In this document: in pieces, positions 1 to 8,283 of the stretch
Layout: every line of letters starts with the position of its first letter
Numbering within the stretch: position 1 is the stretch's first letter
Source: a virus
Taxonomy: Duplodnaviria > Caudoviricetes
Length of the DNA stretch: 33,717 bases
Direction: 5' to 3' (one strand)
Virus record (IMG/VR): IMGVR_UViG_3300031890_000033
Coordinates: 1 to 33,717 of that record
Program-made: the position numbers and the translations under genes
Notes under the pieces: model-generated
Seen by the model: the letters and a program-made list of their open reading frames with translations, nothing else
Told to the model about the DNA's origin: nothing
Databases searched by the model: none

Positions 1-308
1 TCCCGCCATGATTGCGTCACCAAACGATTAAGATTCTCCAAGCCAGTCTGGTTCATGGCTAGAATAGTCTGGTGACACTTGCGCATTTCTTCTGCCTTAG
101 CAATGTAACCTTCGACACCATATATTGGCTTGATGCCGAATTGTTTACACGCTTTCTCAAGCTGAACGTGTGATGACGTGTTCCCATGTTCAGTAAGAGC
201 CATGGCTGTCATGCCTAGTTCAGCGCAACGCTTTACGTGTTCACGCGGTAATCCGAATCCGTCGCCATAGCTAAATGTGCTATGATGGTGAAGACTCACG
301 TACTGCAT
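1..308 (-). CDS. dnaE: DNA polymerase III alpha subunit, N-terminal PHP domain (partial, runs off window)
   Basis: Manual translation from ATG 308 gives MQYVSLHHHSTFSYGDG...GMTAMALTEHGN...GIKPIYGVEGY...HQTILAMNQTGLENLNRLV, matching PHP motifs (LHxHS.FS..DG, TEHG, IKPI.G.E). Not in the ORF track because it is truncated. Confidence 0.92.
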   Translation of the reverse strand, partial: MQYVSLHHHSTFSYGDGFGLPREHVKRCAELGMTAMALTEHGNTSSHVQLEKACKQFGIKPIYGVEGYIAKAEEMRKCHQTILAMNQTGLENLNRLVTQSWR

Positions 309-765
309 GGTCCCCTTCTGCCTTCATCTCAGCCAGAATATTGAGACAGGTACCAATTAAATCCATGATTATTTCATCTGTTTGTTCGAACTTGAGTTTT
401 TCACCATCCCACAGGCATCTTTTGAGCTTGATGATTTTCCTCCACATATCAACAAATGGAGCTTTCGGCCCGAGACCACCACTTAATCCGCCGTAATCCT
501 TGGTCTTCTTGAGATACAATTCCAGAGCTTTCGGCAAAATCTCGTAGACAATTCTGATTGAATCATCGTGTGGAAGATTTTCAAATCTGTATTCTATTAG
601 ATCAGGGCCTAGGCGTTCAACCCAAATTACTGGTTCACCGCATATAGATGGTTGCCTAGCTTGTTCACGCATAACTTCAGCTTGTGATGAACTTGGTCCC
701 CAATAAGATTCTTTTTCCAAGGATGTTAGGTCATCCACGCTTTTCTCTCCAATTTCCAAGATCAA
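280..765 (-). CDS. Nucleotide-modification-associated domain 1 (DUF1599/MazG-like all-alpha NTP pyrophosphatase fold)
   Basis: C-terminal pattern KKTKDYG...G....F.D..RK..KLK......E...E...DLIG. The true start may be GTG 738. Confidence 0.6.
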   Translation of the reverse strand: MILEIGEKSVDDLTSLEKESYWGPSSSQAEVMREQARQPSICGEPVIWVERLGPDLIEYRFENLPHDDSIRIVYEILPKALELYLKKTKDYGGLSGGLGPKAPFVDMWRKIIKLKRCLWDGEKLKFEQTDEIIMDLIGTCLNILAEMKAEGDHAVRESSPS

Positions 766-1354
766 TTAATATTTCTTCCAAAGCAGCATCTAAATCCATT
801 GCTCTTGGGAACCAATCTAGATGCTTGTTATACGGCTGATCGCGCAGTATGGTAGGTAATTTCAATGAAGCAGCCTGTTGCACCATCTCGGGTAAATCAT
901 CCAAAACAGCGGCTACACGTTCACGACCGACTTGTTTAACTAGGTCGCGATATTTATGCTCGCCCCAAATCAAGTGATCATATTGTATCTTATTAGCACG
1001 TAGCCAGTGGCGGGTGTCTGGACTTTGAGTATCCAGCTTTAAATATGGTCTTGTTGTTGCTAACCATAATTCAGCTCCACATTTACGAATTGTATTAGTA
1101 AGCTCAGCTGCCCCTTCATAAGCTGGCATGCTTCGTTCTAGTCCACCTTGTCGATAGGCCAATTTACATTGTCGATAGGTTGATTTGCTTGTTTGCATAA
1201 ATTTATGAAGGGGCAGCCCAGGGTTAATATCTTTGGGATCGGGCATTTGGCGTCCATACCATCCAGCTGCAAAACACAAGAAGTGCGAATGATAATCTCC
1301 TAATGTGCCATCTATATCAACAGCTACAACTGGTCCATCGAAATTGTGCTTCAT
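731..1354 (-). CDS. HAD-superfamily 5'(3')-deoxyribonucleotidase-like phosphatase
   Basis: Motif I VAVDIDGT, motif II TTR, conserved K, motif IV LDD, C-terminal QPYN. Start moved to ATG 1354 (ATGA overlap with the upstream stop). Confidence 0.8.
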   Translation of the reverse strand: MKHNFDGPVVAVDIDGTLGDYHSHFLCFAAGWYGRQMPDPKDINPGLPLHKFMQTSKSTYRQCKLAYRQGGLERSMPAYEGAAELTNTIRKCGAELWLATTRPYLKLDTQSPDTRHWLRANKIQYDHLIWGEHKYRDLVKQVGRERVAAVLDDLPEMVQQAASLKLPTILRDQPYNKHLDWFPRAMDLDAALEEILIDLGNWREKRG

Positions 1355-1638
1355 GCTCGTCCGCCGATGTCCCATCCACGCTCATTTATTCGATGTCCAT
1401 TACCCGTCTTACCGTTTTTAATATTCCATCGACAAACAGCCTCACCAGCTTCGATCATTGAGATCGCATGGAATATATCTACGCATTTATGGATCTTGAC
1501 ACATTTATCATCATGGAATACAGCGAGTTCATTGTTAAGGTCGATATCATAATACTGCAATCCTTCTGCTGATATATTGCCTTTTTCATCTTCCTCCCAC
1601 TGAATACTTACTACTCCAGCATCACTTAATCTTGTCAT
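1351..1638 (-). CDS. hypothetical protein
   Basis: 95 aa ORF overlapping both neighbours in the operon. Confidence 0.6.
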   Translation of the reverse strand: MTRLSDAGVVSIQWEEDEKGNISAEGLQYYDIDLNNELAVFHDDKCVKIHKCVDIFHAISMIEAGEAVCRWNIKNGKTGNGHRINERGWDIGGRA

Positions 1639-2401
1639 TGGCTAACACCTTCATCGCTTGATAAAATGCATCACTGGTTAAAATACCTTTTTCCCATGCT
1701 CCATAACGCCCGAGGTGCACAAAGTCAGGTGCGCCATTAGTTTCACATCGTAATGGCTTCTCAACTATTACGGCACCTATCCACGGTGGTTTCTCCCATC
1801 TTTCAAAATATGGCCATTCCAATGTGGATCGGTTAAATATTTTCGCAGACCGATACCATGTACATAAAGTGGTTCCATCGCATACAATTGTAAAGTCGGC
1901 TTGTTTCGCTAACCATCCTGGGTCCACATCGCCTAGTGCCCATATCTTCTTACTTTCGAAAATATCACCAGGTTGAGCCCATAGTTTACGAGGTACAGTT
2001 GATATTACTAAATCAGCATTCCAAGTATAATATGTGTTGCTATTGTTAAGCTCATGCTCAACTATCCATGGCTCAAACTCTTTCCATAGCCAGTCATATG
2101 CCCGTCTTAAGTCCCAGGCATAGTGTTGTTCAGTAAGGTCTTCAGGACTTACAGTACCATCCCAAGATTCGCCGTACACCTTATGACGATATTCTTCTGG
2201 CGTGCCTCGTAATTGATATTCTACTAGGTGTGGGCCGTCCGTATCTATTTTTGGAATTGGTTTATGTAAATACTGGGCGCCATGTAATTTGCTTTTCGCT
2301 TTACGACTATAAATGCGAAAGTCCCAGCCACTTATATTTGCCGCATGAGCGACCATCAATCCGGCGGGACCACAACCCAGAATGGCGACGTGTTTAGTCA
2401 T
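1622..2401 (-). CDS. FAD/NAD(P)-binding oxidoreductase (UDP-galactopyranose-mutase-like architecture)
   Basis: N-terminal Rossmann motif VAILGCGPAGL, then HGAQYLH, and C-terminal LGRYGAW. Confidence 0.75.
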   Translation of the reverse strand: MTKHVAILGCGPAGLMVAHAANISGWDFRIYSRKAKSKLHGAQYLHKPIPKIDTDGPHLVEYQLRGTPEEYRHKVYGESWDGTVSPEDLTEQHYAWDLRRAYDWLWKEFEPWIVEHELNNSNTYYTWNADLVISTVPRKLWAQPGDIFESKKIWALGDVDPGWLAKQADFTIVCDGTTLCTWYRSAKIFNRSTLEWPYFERWEKPPWIGAVIVEKPLRCETNGAPDFVHLGRYGAWEKGILTSDAFYQAMKVLANDKIK

Positions 2402-2739
2402 ATCTTTGTGTATCTAACGATAATGTTGCGCTTAGCTTTTGGATCTATGACTTCAGCTTCGACCTTACCTAGCTTACCATGTCTAAACTCTGTATAGAAT
2501 TCAGTTAATGTTATTTCATGGTACTCACGTACTATCTCTAGTTTTGGCTGCCTCTTTATGAAACATTCTTGCCTATGCTCCTCACGCCAATCTTCTTGCT
2601 CTGGTTCTCTATCTTTTCCCCATTTAGTTGCTCCACAACCTGTACACATATATAGATTTCGGTTCATTCCGGTAGGGTCCACAGCTTGGGAGAGCCTGAT
2701 TATTCTTTTGATTTCAGATCCATCTGGTATTGTCGTCAT
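2398..2739 (-). CDS. hypothetical protein with CxxC motif
   Basis: 113 aa, CTGC...H...C, preceded by RBS GAGAGGAATCCC. Confidence 0.65.
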   Translation of the reverse strand: MTTIPDGSEIKRIIRLSQAVDPTGMNRNLYMCTGCGATKWGKDREPEQEDWREEHRQECFIKRQPKLEIVREYHEITLTEFYTEFRHGKLGKVEAEVIDPKAKRNIIVRYTKI

Positions 2740-2805
2740 GTAGGGATTCCTCTCTGTAGTGCGCGTGATTTACGGTTATACCGATGGTATGCGCGCGCCA
2801 CCAAA

Positions 2806-2840
2806 ACCCAGGCCAGGAGGTAGGAGGCCCTTACCTGGGT
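2806..2840 (-). terminator. hairpin followed by TTTT downstream of the SSB-like gene (possible intrinsic terminator or processing site)
   Basis: ACCCAGG (2806-2812) and CCTGGGT (2834-2840) form an inverted repeat. The U-run after it on the minus strand is short. Confidence 0.35.
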
Positions 2841-3542
2841 TCAGAATGGTGGCGCTTCAACATCATCTAGCTCAACCGGAGTTTCATCATCTAAAAAGTC
2901 AGCGGCATCTATGATCTCTGCATCATCTTCGATAATTTCCACGCCAGTATCTTCGTCAACCTGACCATTAGCTACAACCATTGGCTTTGGTCCGGTATAC
3001 GGCAAATACTGATTGACTTCAGCACGAGGATTGCCTTCTAGATCACGACCCATCCTGGTTACGATTCTTACGACATGCTCGCCGGCGGGTGAGGCAATGA
3101 CGTATGGGCCAATCTTTTTGATGTGGATTTCTTCAGTACCAGCCCGGTTTGTTTCTTTATCAGCATTTGGTCCGTTCGGCGGCCAGAACGCTGTTTCAAC
3201 GGCATCTTTGGCCGCTTTTGAACCGTCCGTCAAAGCATGAAGAAATCCATTTGCTCGACCAGCTTGACTCTTGATGATATTCAAACCGTCCCAAATTGGA
3301 GCACCATAATATGTGTAGTTCGTGTCTTTGAGACCTTCAGCACCGGCCCCGCCACATATCTCAAGAAGAATTGATATGCGCGGTTTGCCCTTATTATCAC
3401 CTTCCTTATTAATTTTGCCTACAGTCATTCGTTTGACTTTGGCAATATATGAGCCTTTGGGTGGCACTGGTCCCTCATACTGAGATATGCCACTGCCCCA
3501 GGCTTCTTCTCCCTTACCGCTGATATCCCACTTTAATTTCAT
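2841..3542 (-). CDS. putative single-stranded DNA-binding protein
   Basis: Follows the Sak4-like ATPase and has a very acidic C-terminal tail ending ...DDVEAPPF, typical of SSBs. Confidence 0.6.
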   Translation of the reverse strand: MKLKWDISGKGEEAWGSGISQYEGPVPPKGSYIAKVKRMTVGKINKEGDNKGKPRISILLEICGGAGAEGLKDTNYTYYGAPIWDGLNIIKSQAGRANGFLHALTDGSKAAKDAVETAFWPPNGPNADKETNRAGTEEIHIKKIGPYVIASPAGEHVVRIVTRMGRDLEGNPRAEVNQYLPYTGPKPMVVANGQVDEDTGVEIIEDDAEIIDAADFLDDETPVELDDVEAPPF

Positions 3543-4412
3543 CTAATCCTCCTCGCCATCCGCGCCGATGCTTACGCTAAGCAATTCGACATTGTCACTC
3601 TTATTCAGTTTTTGCCTAGGTTGTGGATTTTCAGGAACCACTCTAGGTTCTGGCGCCGGTTTCGGACCAGACTCAATCAATTCGCGAACTTGCTTCAAAG
3701 ACAAGTTCACAGTTCTTGGCTCAAGACATAGAGTCCTGTCTTTCGCCATAACTGTCTTACTATTCTTCCATTGAATTACTCGAATTTCTTCCCATCTGTC
3801 TGTGCCATCTTCATTGACGCCGATCTTACGTCTGGCAATTTTCATTTGACCGAAGCTAGTCATCCAGCTAGCAACTTGCTTGGCGTATTGAGTTCCTTTA
3901 CCTTGCATCATTGGCAATACAACCTTATTGCCGTCTTCATCCTCTTCATCTTGTTGAAGTGCCGTGAAAAGAACATTGACCGGAAGATTCGTGAATGCTT
4001 TCACCATTCTGCGAACTTTCTCAAAGTAAGGAATCCAATCCTGAAGTTGCGGTACGTCTGGGTCTCTGGAAGGGTTCATCCTCACGCCTTCTTCAAGAAT
4101 GTAACGCATGCACATTTGCTGCATTTCCGTTAATGAGTCAAGTACAACCCAGTTGAACGGAATTGGGTCTTGATCTCGCAACCACCCATAGGCAGTAACG
4201 ATATCATGCCAACCATGTATTTGCCACTTCTTTGCAGTTGAACCCAAACGCTTGGCGGATATGGTGCCGTTATCTTCAGGTGCAATAAATAAAACATCAT
4301 CGTCTGAACCGCCGAAAACAGTCTTGCCAACGCCGCTATCAGCGTAAACAAGTAAATTCACGTATTCGTCTTCATCCTGAAGGTCGACAATGTTAGACGG
4401 TAAGTCTACCAC
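3543..4412 (-). CDS. AAA ATPase (Sak4/AAA_24-like recombinase)
   Basis: Walker A YADSGVGKT, Walker B VVLDSLTE, and AKDR motif near the C-terminus. Confidence 0.85.
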   Translation of the reverse strand: MVDLPSNIVDLQDEDEYVNLLVYADSGVGKTVFGGSDDDVLFIAPEDNGTISAKRLGSTAKKWQIHGWHDIVTAYGWLRDQDPIPFNWVVLDSLTEMQQMCMRYILEEGVRMNPSRDPDVPQLQDWIPYFEKVRRMVKAFTNLPVNVLFTALQQDEEDEDGNKVVLPMMQGKGTQYAKQVASWMTSFGQMKIARRKIGVNEDGTDRWEEIRVIQWKNSKTVMAKDRTLCLEPRTVNLSLKQVRELIESGPKPAPEPRVVPENPQPRQKLNKSDNVELLSVSIGADGEED

Positions 4413-4597
4413 AATAATCTCTCTTTCTCATCTGGCTTTTCAGGCATTCTAATCACATATGCCTCTATTTCATCTGTCATTGCAACTAAGTTATCAGCGT
4501 CACCTTTCGATATTCTACCAAGAGCGGCCACACGTAAAACTCTACGTCTGAACGTCTTGAGTTCTTCAAGCCCCAATTCCTTGACTCTCGCGACCAT
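4406..4597 (-). CDS. hypothetical protein
   Basis: 63 aa, translationally coupled to neighbours. Confidence 0.65.
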   Translation of the reverse strand: MVARVKELGLEELKTFRRRVLRVAALGRISKGDADNLVAMTDEIEAYVIRMPEKPDEKERLLW

Positions 4598-4840
4598 TTA
4601 GTTCACTCTCCGCTCCTCACCTATTTCAAACTTGGCAACCAAGTCATCCATAGCCATAAAGAACGCCATGCCGTTAGCTTTGAGCATTCTCATAAACTTT
4701 TTATCCCAACAATCTTCACAGATAAGGAATTTGCCATACTCGTCAAAGTCAAGAGCATGCCAGATAGTTCCTTGATCACGTAGATTATTTTGCCCACAAT
4801 GGCAGCATGGATCTGGATCAATATTCATATATGTCTCCAT
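4598..4840 (-). CDS. small zinc-finger-like protein
   Basis: Two CxxC pairs (CCHC, CEDC). Confidence 0.6.
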   Translation of the reverse strand: METYMNIDPDPCCHCGQNNLRDQGTIWHALDFDEYGKFLICEDCWDKKFMRMLKANGMAFFMAMDDLVAKFEIGEERRVN

Positions 4841-5235
4841 GTTTTATAATTTACAATTCTGCATATAGTCATTTGATTTACGTGAAAAATCTTCGCCAAG
4901 TCATATTGTGAATATTGCCCTGTAGCATACATTTTTCTTATTTCATTTACTTCTGCCCACGTTAATTTTGTCGAGGGATTACGTTCACCGCTAAAATCAT
5001 ATTTATAATGACAATTTGTACATCTAGGTGTATAGTTGTAAATATCTTCATCATCAGTATTGTGAATCCACGTCCAATGGTATGCCTCAGATCCACAATC
5101 TACACAATTATACTCAGACGCTTTTCCTCGTATAATCTCAATCTTACCATGTAATTGTCTGCGTGCAGTAGTATTGCCTGGTTTAAGCATCATGCAATTT
5201 CTTACTGCTAATCGCGCCTTCACGGTGATCAGCAT
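4825..5235 (-). CDS. HNH-like endonuclease with C-terminal HTH
   Basis: CVDC...PRCTNCH followed by KLTW.EV.EIR...LAKIF.V....I..I....TW.H. The real start is probably near 5193. Confidence 0.7.
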   Translation of the reverse strand: MLITVKARLAVRNCMMLKPGNTTARRQLHGKIEIIRGKASEYNCVDCGSEAYHWTWIHNTDDEDIYNYTPRCTNCHYKYDFSGERNPSTKLTWAEVNEIRKMYATGQYSQYDLAKIFHVNQMTICRIVNYKTWRHI

Positions 5236-6232
5236 ACGGATCTATTGATTGCATTGTAGTGGATATAAAATATTCTGTGTCACCGCCGGATTCGTCAAGT
5301 TCGCATAGATCAAAAAATTTGCAGAAGTAACAGTCACGTTGAGGAGTTTTCAACAACGGCATGCGTCCGGTTCGCACGTCGTCCATAACACGGGCCTCTT
5401 CAGAGATACGGACAACTTGCCGTTGACGTTCTTTACTTGTGCGCGGAACAAAATAACGTAGGAAGTTTGGTGAACCTTGTTTCTTACTGACACTACCATC
5501 TTTGTTAAGTCTTTGACCATCTTCGTCAGTCGGCCTATCATCAATCCTGCCACGGCGAACAAAGTTATACTCCATTCCGACAATGCGTTCAGTTGGCTCA
5601 ATTAAGCCCTGATGTCTTAACGCTGTTGTACCTACGGCGATGTATGTACTAGCTTGTTCATCTAATGTAAGGTGATACGTGATTATATCTTTCGCAGTTT
5701 TATGATCAACCATCTTTACTTGATTATCATTAAGGTCACGAACGCAAAGATCAAAAGTCCCAACGACCCTAACAATAGGCCGATACCCACGCTTACCCTT
5801 CTCCGAGACCATTGGTTTGTACCGGACATCGGGGATAATAACATCAAACTGCCGCTCAGCATCCAATACAAGCCAATGAGGATCGCCGCGATACAATTCG
5901 ACATACGCTTCGGCCAAGTCCAATCCAAGGTCATGGAAATCTTCCCACTTGGCTACAGTCTCGTCGTTGGTGTAATCAGTGGTCTTCACAGCTGCAACTA
6001 CATCACTAGATAATTTGTCCCACGTATCCGCAGGATGTGGGCCACGTTCTAAGCCAGGTATGTAATACTCAGCTAACGCTATATGAAAAAGAGACCCAAA
6101 ATCAGCAGCTTCTTTTCCAAGCTCGACTTTGGGTCTAATTCTGCGAACGTACTCCATATACCAGGCCCATGCGCAACGTTTAAATGCTGCCCGTTCACTT
6201 TGGCGGAGAAGTGGAAGTTCTTCAACGTTCAT
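5183..6232 (-). CDS. RecB-like/Cas4-family PD-(D/E)XK exonuclease
   Basis: SER..FKRC, FGSLFH, E..F, GTFDL, VDHKT, Q...Y and C-terminal CYFC.F..LC. Confidence 0.85.
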   Translation of the reverse strand: MNVEELPLLRQSERAAFKRCAWAWYMEYVRRIRPKVELGKEAADFGSLFHIALAEYYIPGLERGPHPADTWDKLSSDVVAAVKTTDYTNDETVAKWEDFHDLGLDLAEAYVELYRGDPHWLVLDAERQFDVIIPDVRYKPMVSEKGKRGYRPIVRVVGTFDLCVRDLNDNQVKMVDHKTAKDIITYHLTLDEQASTYIAVGTTALRHQGLIEPTERIVGMEYNFVRRGRIDDRPTDEDGQRLNKDGSVSKKQGSPNFLRYFVPRTSKERQRQVVRISEEARVMDDVRTGRMPLLKTPQRDCYFCKFFDLCELDESGGDTEYFISTTMQSIDPYADHREGAISSKKLHDA

Positions 6233-7109
6233 GAGTCATTCCTAAATAATGACTTAATTCTCCACCATGGAGCATGGACCATTTCTTCCAGCCAGGTAGG
6301 TATGTATCATATGCCTTTTGCCAGCTAACTCTGATTGAATTTTGTTTATCGAAGTCAGCTTTGTCTGGATTGTTAACAATATTTGGATACTTAGCGTACA
6401 GCTGTTCGTGCCACAATTTCTTTTTTGCCTTGAGATTACCTTCGCCACCTGCATAATCAAGCATACCGCCAGGTTGATAGCGAGTGCCTACTGAATTTGA
6501 TCGTGTTCCCAAGTGAATCATCCATGGATAGCCAGCTTGTAGCCCACGTAAGAATAGGTCATTGTCTTCAGCATATTCTAAGTGCTTATCGTAATTACCA
6601 ATTTCAAGCACGTTATCGACATTTAATGCTACAAGCCTAAAAGTCCCGGTAGGCAATAAAATAAGATCATCACGGCCTCTTATTAATCTCCCAAGACAAA
6701 GATCATGATAGCCATATCTAGCTGTGATACCTAAAACTTTATGGTGTGTAGCACAAGCTGCAAAATTACTCATGCTATTGTATTTAACATTTGGCTTTAT
6801 GTCGTCATCAGCAAGCACTATAGATTTCATGCCCCAACTGCCGGCTAAGTTGATGCAATGCATTCTACTATGTCCAATGCCACCATTCCTAATTGGCAAA
6901 GGGTGAATGCTTATTGTTGGATTCTGATTTTGAGCGCCTGGTCTTGATCTGAACATATATCTGAGATATGTGTCTTGTTCATCTGGCTCAACAATGAAAT
7001 GAACATGAAAGTTTAGGCTTCGCCAAGATTCAACAAGCTTGGCGGCTTCTTCCCAGCGCCCACGTGATGGAATGAATACGTGGTTACCCATTATCGTGAA
7101 CCGGGTCAT
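6222..7109 (-). CDS. GT-A fold glycosyltransferase (GREB1/TET-associated glycosyltransferase-like)
   Basis: VFIPSRGR, IVEPDE...Y, GIG.SR, LADDD, EDNDL.LR and PGG motifs. Confidence 0.72.
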   Translation of the reverse strand: MTRFTIMGNHVFIPSRGRWEEAAKLVESWRSLNFHVHFIVEPDEQDTYLRYMFRSRPGAQNQNPTISIHPLPIRNGGIGHSRMHCINLAGSWGMKSIVLADDDIKPNVKYNSMSNFAACATHHKVLGITARYGYHDLCLGRLIRGRDDLILLPTGTFRLVALNVDNVLEIGNYDKHLEYAEDNDLFLRGLQAGYPWMIHLGTRSNSVGTRYQPGGMLDYAGGEGNLKAKKKLWHEQLYAKYPNIVNNPDKADFDKQNSIRVSWQKAYDTYLPGWKKWSMLHGGELSHYLGMTHER

Positions 7110-7278
7110 CTTGGCTCAAGCCACAGACGACGCACTCCTCGCCGTCACCGATCTCGCCACCTTCTTCACATTCACAATTAGATTCATCTTCACCACATTC
7201 AAGACAAATCTGTTCAGGCTCGAAATCATGATCGTATTGATCGTCGTCGTCATTACCCGGTTCAAGGTTTTCGGGCAT
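7084..7278 (-). CDS. small acidic Cys-rich protein
   Basis: 64 aa, D/E-rich with no K/R, CLECG...CEC...CVVCG, RBS GAGAGGA. Confidence 0.6.
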   Translation of the reverse strand: MPENLEPGNDDDDQYDHDFEPEQICLECGEDESNCECEEGGEIGDGEECVVCGLSQDDPVHDNG

Positions 7279-7295
7279 TTTTTTTTATTCCTCTC

Positions 7296-7460
7296 ATGGT
7301 TTAATTTTACTGGGTGAACTGGTGTTCACGGGAATGCGGAGAGGAACCCCTTCGACTACACACTCCCGCGAACGCCAGAACACCCAGTGCGGGAAAACCG
7401 TGGCAGGAAAACCGCACTGGGGCTGGGGCAGACTTGGGATGCCCATCTGCCATGGGCGCT
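7296..7460 (-). ncRNA. candidate structured intergenic RNA (RNA-1)
   Basis: About 25-bp imperfect stem 7309-7333/7364-7388, alternative 10-bp stem 7383-7392/7412-7421 and hairpin 7441-7457. The loop carries GGGGUUCCUCUCC. Confidence 0.55.
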
Positions 7461-7904
7461 TTAGAAGCTAGCCTCACTCACGCCAGCTGCAACAGGCTCA
7501 CCTTCATCCTTGGTGCGCAAGCGCCGACGTGTCTTGGCCGGCTCACCGTCGGCTGTTGCTGAATCGGAGTCATCGCCATCAGCACCTTCTTCAGCTGCCT
7601 TGGCTGCTTCCTTGTCGGCCTTCTCCTGTTCTTTCTTGGCCTTCTCAGCGTCCTTCTCAGCCTTTTTCTGCTCACGATCTAGCTTCCGCTTCTCAGCATC
7701 GGCATCACGCTTTTCCTTGGCTATACGCCGTTCCTCAACCAGCTCCTGTGCGTGGCCCTGTTGCCATTCACGGTGATGGATGAAGGTAGACGCGACCTGC
7801 GCCTCACTGACGAAGTCTTCACCTTCGTTTTCATTGATGTAAGCGGTGAAACTCTTCATCGCTGGACTGGGGTTATCGACACCCCAACGACGGCCTTCTG
7901 GCAT
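7461..7904 (-). CDS. hypothetical protein with HxEWQ motif and charged coiled coil
   Basis: 147 aa with its own promoter and strong RBS (AAGGAG); long K/E/A-rich helix. Confidence 0.8.
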   Translation of the reverse strand: MPEGRRWGVDNPSPAMKSFTAYINENEGEDFVSEAQVASTFIHHREWQQGHAQELVEERRIAKEKRDADAEKRKLDREQKKAEKDAEKAKKEQEKADKEAAKAAEEGADGDDSDSATADGEPAKTRRRLRTKDEGEPVAAGVSEASF

Positions 7905-7951
7905 CTTACTTGCTCCTTTATCTATGACTGGTCTTTTCTCGACCTAACTCA

Positions 7952-7980
7952 ATTGTATCGAATTTTCTCGCGAAAGTAAA
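7952..7980 (-). promoter_or_regulatory. sigmaA-type promoter TTTACT-N17-TACAAT
   Basis: Intergenic, 17-bp spacer, AT-rich upstream, same -35 as the promoters at 16140 and 19818. Confidence 0.7.
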
Positions 7981-8019
7981 GAGAAAAACCCTAAAAATTC
8001 AGTTTAATTTTATGCCGTT

Positions 8020-8283
8020 TCATCCTCCTGTCGTCTTTCGCGGGTTAATCCGCATACGTCTAACAATGGCGTTTGGACCGCCATCCACACGCAAGCTACG
8101 ACGACCCTGGCGGGCTAATCGGAATTTGAGCAGCCTTTCGTGTTCTTCAATGGTCTCCATATTGACAATTCGCTCCATATACTTACGAATCACTTCGTGA
8201 TCAGGCTTGCGATTGATGACTAAGTATGCACTCACGAAGCCAGCTGCGTAGACTATTATGCCTTCCAGAATTTCAATTATCAT
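8020..8283 (-). CDS. small membrane protein
   Basis: N-terminal hydrophobic helix and ATGA overlap with the helicase stop. Confidence 0.65.
   Translation of the reverse strand: MIIEILEGIIVYAAGFVSAYLVINRKPDHEVIRKYMERIVNMETIEEHERLLKFRLARQGRRSLRVDGGPNAIVRRMRINPRKTTGG

Noticed and set aside
5183-6232. Cas4 as evidence of a CRISPR-Cas system
   Set aside because: It sits with a Sak4-like ATPase and an SSB-like gene, the standard phage recombination module.
7334-7363. tRNA genes suggested by GGTTC motifs here and at 25658
   Set aside because: No cloverleaf, TTCGA T-loop or acceptor stem could be built.
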